Counted from the first letter of the stretch, positions 49,245 to 60,216 are shown. The stretch: 64,000 nucleotides of DNA from an uncultured delta proteobacterium (GCA_963769935.1 CAVYNY010000009.1:96001-160000), one strand, 5' to 3'. Notes: generated by a model not told the origin, from the letters alone. A program made the numbers and translations.

Positions 49245-49907
49245 TCACTGATCGGCAGTCTTATAGCTGATGGAAACTCCCGCCGAGCTTGACCTATCGA
49301 TCGTGGTTGCAAAGTTCGGCAGGCTTTGCACGTAATCGAGAAACTCTTGAATCCCGCCCCAATGGCTGGCAACATTGTGGGCCGTAAAGCAGCCGCCCAC
49401 TTCGAGTTTGGGCGCCAAGGCGATAAAGTAGTTTTTATACCAGTCCTTATCGGCATCGGAAAACACGAAATCAAACGGTCCCTTCAGTTCTGCGACCAGT
49501 TGATGGGCATCAGCCAGCCGGGCGTCGATATAGTCGGACAGCCCGGCCTTTTTAAAATTAGCCAGGGCCTGTTGGTAGCGGCTTTCATCTATTTCGATCG
49601 TGATGAGCCTGCCGCCGGTTTTGCTGAGCGCCCATGCCATCCAGATGGCAGAGTGTCCGGTGGAGGTGCCGATTTCGACCGCTTTTTGATAATCGTTTTT
49701 GACGATAAGATCGTACAAAACCTTCCCATCTGCTTCAGGAATGTTCCAGTCGACCCATTTACCCCGCTGGCTTGCGAGAAACCTCCTTACTTTCTGATCG
49801 AGGCCCCCGCTTTTATTGGCATTTTCAGCGAGCGCGGTACACACAATTGAAAATAAAAAGAGCAAAAGAAAAATAAAGTAAAATCCGGCCCTGAAATTTA
49901 TTGTCAT
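49245..49907 (-). CDS. Class I SAM-dependent O-methyltransferase with N-terminal signal-like segment
   Basis: VEIGTSTGHS, ITIEID, ADAH and GPFDFVFSDADK. Confidence 0.88.
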   Translation of the reverse strand: MTINFRAGFYFIFLLLFLFSIVCTALAENANKSGGLDQKVRRFLASQRGKWVDWNIPEADGKVLYDLIVKNDYQKAVEIGTSTGHSAIWMAWALSKTGGRLITIEIDESRYQQALANFKKAGLSDYIDARLADAHQLVAELKGPFDFVFSDADKDWYKNYFIALAPKLEVGGCFTAHNVASHWGGIQEFLDYVQSLPNFATTIDRSSSAGVSISYKTADQ

Positions 49908-50128
49908 TTTGTCACCCATCTGTCTACCATTTGGCAGCAATTGGAAAGGAGTTTCATCACCTAAGCGGTGGCCGGCGTGACCTGGTGCCGAAAGGTGGAC
50001 GCATCTCCAACCAGGCATCGGTAGAATGCCGGTTTCAGAGCAAATACCGCCCCTGAAAGGGTCTTTGCATCTCTCACCGAGCAAATAAATGGCAGGGTCT
50101 TGCCTTGATGACCCTGCCGTGGATGCCG

Positions 50129-50425
50129 CTATCCAGTAAGATGTTTAATCAATTCAACTACTTCACTAATCGAAGCAGCCGGATGAATCTCGAATTGAAC
50201 ATATGGTACATATTGCTCAGTCATCTTCATTATTTCCAAATAAGTTCCTTCGGCAACAACATATCCTTTTCCTTCACCGGGAAATGTCCCATAATCTTTT
50301 ATAATACCTTTTTCAATATCTTGCTTAACCATCGCCGTAAGAAGTTCATATCCGGATCCTCGTTCCTTAGGATCAACCGGTATTCTTGCCTCATTAAGGC
50401 TCCAAAGTATGAGATGTTTTGCCAT
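50129..50425 (-). CDS. Hypothetical protein (DUF3303-like small alpha/beta protein)
   Basis: GGAGG RBS; MAKHLILW...GTFPGEGKGYVVAEG...YVQFEIHP. Confidence 0.7.
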   Translation of the reverse strand: MAKHLILWSLNEARIPVDPKERGSGYELLTAMVKQDIEKGIIKDYGTFPGEGKGYVVAEGTYLEIMKMTEQYVPYVQFEIHPAASISEVVELIKHLTG

Positions 50426-50589
50426 AATTTCGCCTCCCATTTATTCTATTGGTCTGCTGCTTCGGTGTAAATATGGATATTAGCCAATAAAAATGTTTAG
50501 GATTCCCAACAGGAGATAGATATTCCCGTTAGGAGATGGATAGGCACAATTTGAGAGGATACTCCATTTTATCTTTGCACCGTTAAATT

Positions 50590-50790
50590 TTAAGTAAGCA
50601 CAGCTTGGGTCTGAATCGTTCGGCTTACCAGTTCTCCGCGCTCGCTGGGGATATCTGTCTGTATGACAATCGCAGCATGTCCGATATGAACGGGGGTGGC
50701 TACCACCTCGATATGACCTTCTTTTACACCCCGGGAAAAGTTGGTTTTAGACTCTATCGTCGCTGTTTTGGCGCCTTGAGGTAAATTGAA
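50590..50790 (-). pseudogene. PaaI family thioesterase C-terminal fragment
   Basis: Manual translation FNLPQGAKTATIESKTNF...PVHIG...IVIQTD...LVSRTIQTQAVLT*; no N-terminus. Confidence 0.75.
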
Positions 50791-50796
50791 CCTATA

Positions 50797-50937
50797 TTAT
50801 TCATTCTTTTTTTGTTTTGGAAAATTAATTTTTCTATAAAGAGAGCACCACCAGAGAAAAGCACAACCAATAAAGAAGATCCCTAAGCCACCAAAAAAAC
50901 CGGCAAAAAAAATGCCTAAATCCCCTAAATTCCCCAT
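50797..50937 (-). CDS. Putative 46-aa single-pass membrane protein
   Basis: GGAGG RBS; MGNLGDLGIFFAGFFGGLGIFFIGCAFLWWCSLYRKINFPKQKKNE. Confidence 0.6.
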   Translation of the reverse strand: MGNLGDLGIFFAGFFGGLGIFFIGCAFLWWCSLYRKINFPKQKKNE

Positions 50938-51049
50938 GCTTTCGCCTCCGAAATGAATTATAAAATCCAATTTAGAATATAGGATATTACAAACTGTGCC
51001 GAATTACAGATAATTGGTGAGATTGTCGAAATAGCCTTTTTCGAGGACC

Positions 51050-51430
51050 CATTAATTTGCGAAATTTGCGGTCCGGAATGTAAGCATCCAATTTCTCTTC
51101 TTCGCATTTTTCTAAGGTGCTTTGGTTATGATAATTGGTATCAGCGGTGAAAATCTTGTCCTCAAAATAATCTTCTGATTGACCGATCTTTTTAAGATTG
51201 TCTTTGGCGCCATCAACCATAGGAGCAAGATGCTCATTGTCTTGACCGCTGCAAAAGGCTTCTGCTTGCATGACCACCTGATGCTCATTATCCACTAAAG
51301 CCTGAGCATTGTACCCCTGGATGGTACCATGAGAGGTCATCATTTTCGCCAATTCGTTATCGGTGACGTTGCTTTGCAGTTCTCGGCCGTTGGCCCCAAT
51401 CTTAGCATTGTTTTCTGCCAACCACTTCTC
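51050..51430 (-). mobile_element. IS1182-family-like transposase internal fragment
   Basis: QSNVTDNE..KMMTSHGTIQGYNAQALVD...ADTNYH...DAYIPD. Confidence 0.75.
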
Positions 51431-51764
51431 AAGGCCGCAGAGTGTCTCCAAAAGGACCATAAAGTGCTGCTGACATTTTACGATTTCCCGGCTGAGCACT
51501 GGAGACACATCCGAACGACCAATCCGATTGAATCAACCTTTGCAACGGTAAGGCTGCGGACAAACAAGGTCCGCGGTTGTTTTTCAGCGCAGAGCGTTAT
51601 CACAATGGCTTTTAAACTCTGCCAGTGTGCGCAGAAACGCTGGATTCGACTTCACCACCCTCAACGCCTGGCAGAAGTCATTAGAGGAGTAAAATTTGTC
51701 AATGGTGTCGAAGAAAAACGGATTGCCGCCTGATTCCGTCATACACAACTATTGACTATATCTC
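51431..51764 (+). mobile_element. IS256-family transposase C-terminal fragment with right end
   Basis: LLTFYDFPAEHWRHIRTTNPIESTFATVRLRT...KRW; terminal TACACAACTATTGACTATATCTC. Confidence 0.88.
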
Positions 51765-52356
51765 CTGAAGATGCGTAAAACGGATTCCTGCGGTATTATT
51801 CAGAACATAGCATAATACCATAGATACAGAATGGTCTTTGTCAAGATTAAGAATGGCGCAATGCGGTGAAATCAAATCGCGAAATTAGAAACCAAATTTT
51901 ATAGATAGCTTGCCGAAGGTCCAACTATCAGTTTTTATTTATTGCAGATACAATTTGGATATATTGACAATATCGTATCAGGAAATCCGATGTCAAATCG
52001 AAATCATGAAAATGGGGTTTTGAAAACCAAAAATGGAAAATTCATATCACCAAACCGGCACTTTTTCTGTGGTATATGATTTTTATATCTCAGGGCTCCA
52101 AGGTGCTTACTATTTTGTATTAATCGTAGCACCTGCAATTTAATTGTTTGGGGGGTATAAGTTTACAACATATGAAATTTATAGAGTGCTTGTTCCTTAC
52201 AGATATCGACCATATCGCAGCATGAGAATTGATTTTTTTATATGCGGTCTCATACAACTTTTTGCCTCTATAACAATCGATCCAAAGTGACTTAACCCTA
52301 TATGCAATTGTCTTGGGGGGTCTCTATAAAAATCAATCCCCCCACATTCCATTCTC

Positions 52357-52992
52357 TCATCGAATAAAATTGGTGGCAATTTTATCAACCTTGGCCGGTG
52401 GAGAAACTTTTGTGCTCCCAGCTTCGATAACCTTCATCAACCAAGCCATATTTCTACCGAGGACTTCCATGATCTGCATGCCTTCAGCGTCCTGCTCCAT
52501 CTCACCGGGATCTCTGCCATGGGCTACAGTCCAGTAGTTGGCGCTGGGCATAAACATTTCAGAATAAGCAATATAGTGATTAAGGGTATCTATGGTCGGA
52601 ATGCCTCCGGACCGACGCACGGCGGCAACTGATGCACCCACTTTGTGACGAAACAGATTACCGTTCATTGTGCTAACAAAAAAGGCCCGATCCAGAAAAG
52701 ATTTTATGGTGCCGGCTGCACCTGAAAAATGAACTGGTGATCCTAATAAAATACCATCGGCGGCTTTCATTTTCTGAATCCATTCATTTACCGGATCATC
52801 ATCGAACGCGCATTTTTCGTTTTGTTCTTTGAGACAGGTATAACAGGCCACACAGCCCCTTATTTTGTTTTTTCCCACAAGGATCATCTCGGTTTCGATG
52901 CCTGCTTTATTAAGCTCTTTAAACACAGCATTCAGGCATCCTGTTGTATTCCCCTTTTCTCGAGGGCTTCCGTTAAATGCAACTACTTTCAT
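52357..52992 (-). CDS. Flavodoxin family / iron-sulfur flavoprotein (NADPH-dependent FMN reductase-like)
   Basis: FNGSPREKGNT, CVACYTC...C, GSPVHF and VRRSGG. Confidence 0.92.
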   Translation of the reverse strand: MKVVAFNGSPREKGNTTGCLNAVFKELNKAGIETEMILVGKNKIRGCVACYTCLKEQNEKCAFDDDPVNEWIQKMKAADGILLGSPVHFSGAAGTIKSFLDRAFFVSTMNGNLFRHKVGASVAAVRRSGGIPTIDTLNHYIAYSEMFMPSANYWTVAHGRDPGEMEQDAEGMQIMEVLGRNMAWLMKVIEAGSTKVSPPAKVDKIATNFIR

Positions 52993-53444
52993 TAATCGTC
53001 TCCTTTTATCAATAGTTAAAAATTGATTCGTGATTCAAGATGTTGTGGTGAGCCTTCTCACTGCCAATCTATGATATATTGAGACTACATGCAAAATCAT
53101 TAAAATTCATATAAGTAGATGATCTATCAGAATTTAGGGCTCACAGAATCATGAATTTTTTGACAGATACCCCAGCTATCAACCTTACCCAAATTATTGC
53201 AGATACGAAATAGATACATTATGTTTATCTCAGGCGGTTTATGGAGGTCAAACCCAAAAACCAAAAGGAGGCAGACAATGGGATTTTCACAAAAATATAT
53301 AAACGAAAAATTTCGTCACGAACTTGTGGTGCCAGATATTTGGAGGTAGCGGTTATAAGAATTTCCATAGCGCCATTTTTCGATAGTCTGATAGTTCAAG
53401 CATTTAAAGAATTAAGGTAGAATGGCCGGTTCCGGATTTAAGGT

Positions 53445-53537
53445 AAAATTCAAGCCGCCGGTAACTTGCGGCGACATTGAACCCCATGCTATTTTGAAGT
53501 TTGGGCAGGCATACCGGGCACAGGGTCAGCGGCCGGG
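53445..53537 (-). pseudogene. Possible archaemetzincin (M54)-like C-terminal fragment
   Basis: Manual translation RPLTLCPVCLPKLQNSMGFNVAASYRRLEFY resembles the LCPVCLxKL tail of that family. Confidence 0.45.
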
Positions 53538-53769
53538 AAAATCATTAATCCAATTCTAAATTAAGCGATTCCAATACAAAGCGCAGTTGCGTTTGACCAC
53601 GTGATGCTTAGCTTAAATCTAATACCTGGCAAAAGGGTATCAAAAAATCCACGTGGAGGGCAATAGCTATGGCTAAAAAAATGTCCAGTAAAGAAAGTGT
53701 CTGCATGGAAAGGTGCTATCTTGAATCCCGGAATTGCAGGCAAAATGAACCATAGAGGAGGATATTCAA

Positions 53770-53904
53770 ATGCCCATCGAAAACATCGACAAGGAAAAAG
53801 ACTGCATCAGCAGATGCCAGGAAGAATTTATCGACTGCGTTGAAGATGATCACTCAGATTGTGTTTCAACTTTTAAAGACTGTTCCGGCACCTGCGAACG
53901 TTGA
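53770..53904 (+). CDS. 44-aa acidic six-cysteine protein
   Basis: GAGGAGG RBS; MPIENIDKEKDCISRCQEEFIDCVEDDHSDCVSTFKDCSGTCER. Confidence 0.7.
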   Translation: MPIENIDKEKDCISRCQEEFIDCVEDDHSDCVSTFKDCSGTCER

Positions 53905-53928
53905 CCATTGACGGCCGCTGCCGCGAAA

Positions 53929-54747
53929 TCATAATTTCAATATCGTTCGCGCGTCATCGGGTGTCGCCACCTCGCGGCCGTATTCCTGCGCCAGCCTGAC
54001 AATGCGCTCCACAAACTGGGCGTTGGTTTTGGCCAGAATCCCCCTGTTGTAGTAGATATTGTCTTCCATACCAACGCGTATGTGACCGCCCATGACCATT
54101 GCCATCATTGACATCGGCAAATGGCCTTTGCCGATCCCGATAATGGACCAGGTGGAATTTTCAGGGATATAGTCGTGCAAATAGATAAGCGACTTCGGCG
54201 TTGCCGGTGCTCCCCAGGGAGTTCCCAGCACCAACTGGAAGTGCAGCGGTTCGTCTAACTTCCCTTCATCCCGCATGCGAAGGCAGGTGAGGAGCATTCC
54301 CAGATCGAAAATCTCAAGCTCCGGTTTTACGCCCGCTGTCCTCATTTTTTCCGCCGCCCGTTCAAGAAACTCCGGGGAATTCAAAAAAACGGAACCTCCC
54401 AGATTAATCGATCCCGCATCGAATGAGGCCACTTCCGGTTTCAGGTCAAGCGGCGCCAGCCGCTCCTCGGAGGGAAGATTGCGGCCCGGGATGCCGCTGG
54501 TGGTCAGGCACAGGATCAAATCGGTTTTTTCCCGCAAAATATCAACAACCTGTCTGAATTTTTCCACATCCTGGGTTCCCAGGCCGGTTTGCGGATCGCG
54601 TACGTGGATGTGGACCATAGCGGCGCCTGCCTTCCAGCACTCGACAGCGGATTGGGCAATCTCCTCTGGTGTTATGGGGATGTAGGGCGTGGTTTCGCGC
54701 GAAATTCGGCTCCCGGTGATGGCGGCGGTTATGATTAACTTTTCCAT
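53929..54747 (-). CDS. Beta-keto acid cleavage enzyme (BKACE / 3-keto-5-aminohexanoate cleavage family)
   Basis: KLIITAAITG, PITPEEIA, HIHVRD, KPELEIFD and HIRVGMEDN. Confidence 0.93.
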   Translation of the reverse strand: MEKLIITAAITGSRISRETTPYIPITPEEIAQSAVECWKAGAAMVHIHVRDPQTGLGTQDVEKFRQVVDILREKTDLILCLTTSGIPGRNLPSEERLAPLDLKPEVASFDAGSINLGGSVFLNSPEFLERAAEKMRTAGVKPELEIFDLGMLLTCLRMRDEGKLDEPLHFQLVLGTPWGAPATPKSLIYLHDYIPENSTWSIIGIGKGHLPMSMMAMVMGGHIRVGMEDNIYYNRGILAKTNAQFVERIVRLAQEYGREVATPDDARTILKL

Positions 54748-55057
54748 ATATTTATCCTAAAGCAATGTTTTTGGGGTCTGTGTTTTTAACATAACGCCAT
54801 TCGACCCTGATTTCAACCGCCCAAATCCAATTTACATATGTTGTGTCAGATCCAATATCTGGTATAATGTGCAATTAAGCTTGTACAATTCCTGATTTAA
54901 TTTCGCAAAATTATAAAAAGTTTTAAAACCAAATCGGTGTTGCTGAAATTTATTGTGTTCCCGCCGTATGGAGGAGGAGCTTCGTATTTGCGGTAATTCC
55001 GGTTAAGTTGATGATTTATTGCAACAATTGCACGTCCACATGCTGAGGCTTTTATCT

Positions 55058-57591
55058 ATGCTGAAAACCCGCTTGAACTTTATCATTTCGCTAATTTTTC
55101 TGGTGGGTATGTTCCCAGCCGGCCCGAGCATTGCCGGCAATGACAATCCCTCGGACCTTCCCCGCCAGGTTATTGCCTCCGCGAGTGAATTGGACTATCC
55201 GCCATTTTCTTTGGTTCGCGAGGACGGCACCGCCGACGGGTTTTCGGTCGAGCTCCTCAAGGCAGTTGCCCAGGCGACCGGTCTCGAGGTCACTTTTAAG
55301 GTCGGCCCCTGGCATGTAATAAAGCGTGAACTTGTCGAGGGCCGGCTTGATGCGCTTCCTCTGGTCTCTTATTCAACAGAGCGCGATAAAGAGCTCGATT
55401 TCACGGCGCCTTATCTTAGAATGCATGGCGCAATTTTCGTTCGTCAAGGATGATACATCGATCCATGATGAGACCGACTTAAAGGAAAAGGAAGTCCTTG
55501 TGATGCGGGACGATGCGGCGCATGAATACGTCGTCCGGAAACCAATTGTGCAACAAACTGATACTGACTGACAGCATTGAAGATGCCATGCAGCAGCTAT
55601 CAGCGGGAAAGCATGATGCGGTGGTGGTCCAACAATTGGTCGGACTGCAGATCATTAAAAAGCTTCATCTTTCCAACCTGGTCAGTGTGCGTTCGATTCA
55701 GGAATCGAGTTTGAAACCGGCAGCCGAACCACTGTCAGGGTTCCAGCAGAAGTTTTGTATCGCCGTCAAAGAAGGTAATCAGGCGCTGCTGGCACGCTTG
55801 AACGAAGGCTTGTCAATTGTCATCACCAACGGCGTCTACGATGAACTTTATGACAAGTGGTTCGGTCCCATTCTGCCGAAGCCCTCCGTAGATCTTGCAA
55901 CCCTGGTTAAATACCTTTTCTTCATCCTTATTCCATTATTGGTTTTGATCGGCATATTTGGACTCTGGTATTTAAGAAGGGAAGTTGACAGGAAGACCCA
56001 AAAATTAAGAGAGCAAATCGCAGTCTGCCAAGCGACCGAGGAATCGCTGGTGCAAACACGTGATACACTGCAGGCTGTTCTTGATGCAGCCCCTGCCGGT
56101 GTGGTTGTGGCGGACAGCGCTGGGCGCATTTTGTTGTCCAGCGCCTTCACCCGGCACATCTTCGGCGACTCCACTGCCGAGAACGCTTATGGACCCGACC
56201 GCGGATACCGCGTACTCAATCCGGACGGCTCACCCATACCGCAAAGCAACTTACCGCTGTCGCTGGCTTTGGCCGGTCAAGCCGTGTTCGATAAGGAACT
56301 GCTCGTAACACACTCAAACGGCACACAGTCCATAATCCTGGCCAACGCAACGCCCCTGAGAACCGAAGCTGCCGAAATCTGGGGGGCGGTTACCGTGTTT
56401 CAGGACATCACCGCCCTTAAGCAAACAGAAAAGGCGCTGCAAAACAGCAATACACGTCTGGAATTATTGACCACGGTGGCGCAGCGGCTGCTTCGCGCAG
56501 AAAACCCGCAGGCCATCATCGAAGAGCTCTGCCGGTTGGTGATGGCACACATTGATTGTCAATTCTTTTTCAACTACCTGGTGGATGTTCCCGGGCAACG
56601 GATGCTGCTCAACGCCTGCGCCGGTATTCCGACCAAGACGGCCGATTCTATCCGGCAGCTCGATTTCGGGGTAGCGGTCTGCGGCTGTGTGGCGCGTGAC
56701 GGTGAACGCATCATTGCCGAGCACATTTGCGACAGCAATGATCTTCGGACACAACTGGTCAAATCCTTCGGGGTGCAGGCGTACTGCTGTCATCCCATGC
56801 TGGTACAAGACGAACTTATCGGCACGCTTTCGTTCGGAACTCGGACCCGGTCGACGTTCACCGCCGACGAAGTTGAATTGATGAAAACAGTCACGGACAA
56901 GGTGGCAGTGGCCATGCAGCGGTTGCAGGCAACCAGGGCCCTGCGGGCAAGCGAAGAGCGCCTGAGATCCTCGCTCGCTGAAAAAGAGGTGTTGTTAAAA
57001 GAGATTCACCACAGGGTGAAAAACAACATGCAGGTTATCTCCAGCCTGCTGGATTTGCAGGCCGACGAAGTCGAGGAGGCCGCCATGCGCGACATTTTCA
57101 AGGACGTGGTTTATCGCGTGCGTTCGATGGCCATGGTCCATGAGAAGCTCTACCAGTCAACCGACCTGGCCCGGGTAGAGTTTGCCGATTACGCGCAAAG
57201 CCTGTTGGGTTACCTGTGGCGGGCCCAAGGGGCCGCGGCCTCCGGCGTCCGGTTAAACCTGGACTTAAAACCGGTTTTCCTGCCGGTGAACGCAGCGGTG
57301 CCCTGCGGTCTGATCCTGAACGAACTGTTCAGCAACGCGTTGAAGCATGCCTTTAACGGACGTAACCAAGGCAAGGTAACCGTGTCGCTTGACGGCGACC
57401 GCCAAGGCCGGGTGCGCCTCTGCGTGGGCGACAACGGAATCGGGTTGCCGCCGGAGCTTGACTGGAAAAATGCCCGCTCCCTGGGTCTGCGCCTGGTGCA
57501 TATGCTCGCCGGGCAGCTGCAAGCTGCCGTGGAGGTTGCAATCGATAAAGGAACCGAATTCAGGATCACATTCGAAGCACCGAAGTCATGA
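55058..57591 (+). pseudogene. Sensor histidine kinase (periplasmic binding domain, PAS, GAF, HisKA_2) with two frameshifts near 55448 and 55540
   Basis: ELDYPPFS...DGFSVEL (PBP domain) is in frame 1, [19 protein letters not shown] in frame 2, and the rest ([30 protein letters not shown]) in frame 3. Confidence 0.85.
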
Positions 57592-57633
57592 GCCGAATCA
57601 TCATCATCCTTCAAGTAAAGAATCCTGACCCAG

Positions 57634-57696
57634 CTTCCTGTCCGTGGGCCTACAGCCCGGCTTCCGGCTCGTAGAGCCTACAGCTCGGAGAGAGGG
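57634..57696. repeat. Tandem GGCCTAC hairpin modules
   Basis: cctgtccgtgggcctacagcccgg and cttccggctcgtagagcctacagctcggag resemble the module nested at 31531-31562. Confidence 0.55.
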
Positions 57697-57777
57697 AGGA
57701 CCAGGTTTTCAATGTTGGAATAGATTTAAGGGATTCGTACAGACGCCGAACAGCTGACAACAGGCGAAATCGCTCAA

Positions 57778-58725
57778 TCAACAGCACTTCCGATTAAGCT
57801 TCAGAATTTCTATCAGCATTTTATCGCGCCAGTTTTGGATCTTCTCCAGCGAGTTCTCGCGCACAACCGCCATGTCATGGACGCTTTTTACCAGAGCATC
57901 CCGCTGCGGCGGCGCAATCTCCTTCCAGGCAGCCATCGATTCCCATCTTACGCTGTAGGACGCTGAATATTTTTCGATAAAGCTCTCGATGCCGTCGCCT
58001 GCCAGATAGGCCCGCAATAATGGTCCGATGAAAGGATCGCGCATCCCCATGCCCGCGCAGAATGCGCGATCCACTTCCTCCGCGCCGGCCACGCCGCTTG
58101 CCACCAGATCAATGGCCTCGCGTAGAACAGCGGCCTGGAGACGATTGACGATGTAGCCCGGCACCTCTTTTTTGAGTTGCACCGGCATTTTGCCGATTTT
58201 TTCCATGAGCTCGCAAGTTGCCTGGACCGTCTCGGGGTCGGTTTGGTCCCCGCCGACGACCTCCACCAGCGGCAGGAGATGGACAGGCAGAAAAGGATGA
58301 ACCAGCAAACAGCGCTCCGGTCGTGTAGCGACTTTTTGAATCTCACTCATCAGCAGCCCGGAACTGCTGCTGGCAAGAATCGCCTGGAACGGTGCCCGCG
58401 CGTCCATCTCCCTGAAAATCATTTTCTTCGCCTGGTAGTTGTCGGGCACGGATTCCTGAACATAATCTGCATCTTTTAGCGCCTCGTTCAGATTGGTCGT
58501 GGTCCGGATGCGGTTGTAAGCTGCTCCGGCCGCTCCCTGCAGCAGCCGGCCGTTGTCTTCCAGAAACCCCAGGTTTAAATTGATCTGCCGGACAGCCCGT
58601 TCCAGTTTGTCGTCGGTCAGGTCCTGCATCGCAACCGTATATCCCCCGGCAGCAAACAGCGTTGCCCAGCCCTGCCCGATAAGCCCGGAACCGACACAGG
58701 CCACGTTTTTAATTTCATTGTGCAT
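57778..58725 (-). CDS. 3-hydroxyacyl-CoA dehydrogenase family (lambda-crystallin / carnitine-dehydrogenase-like)
   Basis: ACVGSGLIGQGW, YVQESVPD, ASSSSG, HPFLPVHLLPLVE and PGYIVNRLQ. Confidence 0.9.
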   Translation of the reverse strand: MHNEIKNVACVGSGLIGQGWATLFAAGGYTVAMQDLTDDKLERAVRQINLNLGFLEDNGRLLQGAAGAAYNRIRTTTNLNEALKDADYVQESVPDNYQAKKMIFREMDARAPFQAILASSSSGLLMSEIQKVATRPERCLLVHPFLPVHLLPLVEVVGGDQTDPETVQATCELMEKIGKMPVQLKKEVPGYIVNRLQAAVLREAIDLVASGVAGAEEVDRAFCAGMGMRDPFIGPLLRAYLAGDGIESFIEKYSASYSVRWESMAAWKEIAPPQRDALVKSVHDMAVVRENSLEKIQNWRDKMLIEILKLNRKCC

Positions 58726-58975
58726 TTTTTCTGCTCCCCGGCAATGGAAAGAATCCTGATCCTGATCCAGAGAACCAGGTTTTCAGTACTAGATATTTCA
58801 TGCATATGCTGATATCAAATTATTTCTTTTAAGGTCAATCTGAATCTTCTGGATACTTTATCATCATGTGATATAGATAGTGCGAGTTAGATTAATGTGC
58901 GTGGGAAGCCTCACCCGGGGAGGATGTGTATTTATATTTTACCGAACAAATTTTGATTTCTGAGATGGTTGGAAA

Positions 58976-60133
58976 ATGTGGCTGATATTGAGCGCTATAA
59001 CTTTACATTTTACCCGGTATGGCCTTATTTTTCCGTTTATCCCATTGCTGGCCGAAAAAATGGGAGCCGGACCGACGACCACGGGATTTATTGTCGGTGC
59101 GTTTAGCTTGATTGCCGTATTTCTATCGATACCGTTGGGCGGGTTGGTGGATCGGTTTGGTGTCAAGCGTCTGCTATTGTTGGGTATCATCTGCAATATT
59201 GCAAATGCCGTAATTTTGTTGCAGACCGACACGATAATCGAATTGATCGTTGCCCAATTGATTGCCGGTATCGGCTTTCTACTGCATGTTGTTGCCGGCC
59301 AAACATTTATCTCACGGCTGCCCGATGCTCACCGGCGCGAGAAAGGATTCGGTTGGTTTAGCTTCGGCGCGGCAGCCGGTCAAAGCGTGGGGCCGATCCT
59401 CGGAGGAATCCTGGTCCATCGCTCAGGCTACCCGGCTGCATTTTGGGTGGCTCTAATCTTGTCGAGTGCCGGATTAATTGTATTGGGGCTGAAAAATACC
59501 CAAGCGACATGTGCTACAAAATCTTCCTACAACCCGGTTCATGACGCCCGGCTCGCTGGTGCGCTCGCAGTTGATCCGAAGGTTTTAACGACTCTCATAG
59601 CGACCTTTGCAATTATTTTTGCGGCCAATCTGCGCACATCATTTTTACCGGTCCTGCTCCGCACTAAAGGCTTAACTGAGTCCACTGTGGGAATATTGAT
59701 TTCTATTTTTGCAGTCATGTCCACTTCCATCAGGCTTTTATTTGGCAGGCTGTTGGATATATTTGATCGCAAGAAGATTCTCGCATCTTCCATGCTGGCC
59801 ATTATCCTGGCAGTCGGACTGATACCAATGATGATATCGACTGCAGGATTCGCCATCCTGATATCGCTTTTCGGGCTCGGATTCGGCATGACGCAACCGC
59901 TGACAATGGTAATGGTCGCCGATCTGACTGAGCCGCACCAATCGGGTCTTGCCATGGGGCTGCGGTTCACCGCTACCATGGCCGCAAGCCTGATAAGTCC
60001 GATTTTTCTCGGATTGATTATCGAGACATTCGGCTTGGATCCGGCATTTTACGTTGCCGCATTGGTCGTTGGTCTGGCCGGAATTCGCATGTTCATCATA
60101 AGGCCGGATCTCATTCCCGAACGGCGGAAATAA
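58976..60133 (+). CDS. MFS transporter
   Basis: About 12 TMs; GGLVDRFGVKR motif A and GRLLDIFDRK. Confidence 0.9.
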   Translation: MWLILSAITLHFTRYGLIFPFIPLLAEKMGAGPTTTGFIVGAFSLIAVFLSIPLGGLVDRFGVKRLLLLGIICNIANAVILLQTDTIIELIVAQLIAGIGFLLHVVAGQTFISRLPDAHRREKGFGWFSFGAAAGQSVGPILGGILVHRSGYPAAFWVALILSSAGLIVLGLKNTQATCATKSSYNPVHDARLAGALAVDPKVLTTLIATFAIIFAANLRTSFLPVLLRTKGLTESTVGILISIFAVMSTSIRLLFGRLLDIFDRKKILASSMLAIILAVGLIPMMISTAGFAILISLFGLGFGMTQPLTMVMVADLTEPHQSGLAMGLRFTATMAASLISPIFLGLIIETFGLDPAFYVAALVVGLAGIRMFIIRPDLIPERRK

Positions 60134-60187
60134 ATGCTCGATCAATTATCTGAGAAATGAAGCAGCCCGATGGGTCAAAGATCTGCG

Positions 60188-60216
60188 TTGACAAGTCCTG
60201 ACAGTTCGGCTATTAA
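60188..60216 (+). promoter_or_regulatory. Probable sigma70 promoter of the Dpp-type operon
   Basis: TTGACA-N17-TATTAA. Confidence 0.55.

Noticed and set aside
50987..51733. Two intact overlapping transposase ORFs
   Set aside because: Each ORF is a chimera reading across the junction of an IS1182-like fragment and an IS256 fragment; neither is full length.
53278..53349. 23-aa ORF with strong AAGGAGG RBS (MGFSQKYINEKFRHELVVPDIWR)
   Set aside because: It is too short and featureless to support, and may be the stump of a deleted gene.
53770..53904. SCIFF/ranthipeptide precursor
   Set aside because: It has six Cys in 44 aa, but the spacing and sequence do not resemble the SCIFF C-terminal motif and no radical SAM gene is nearby.
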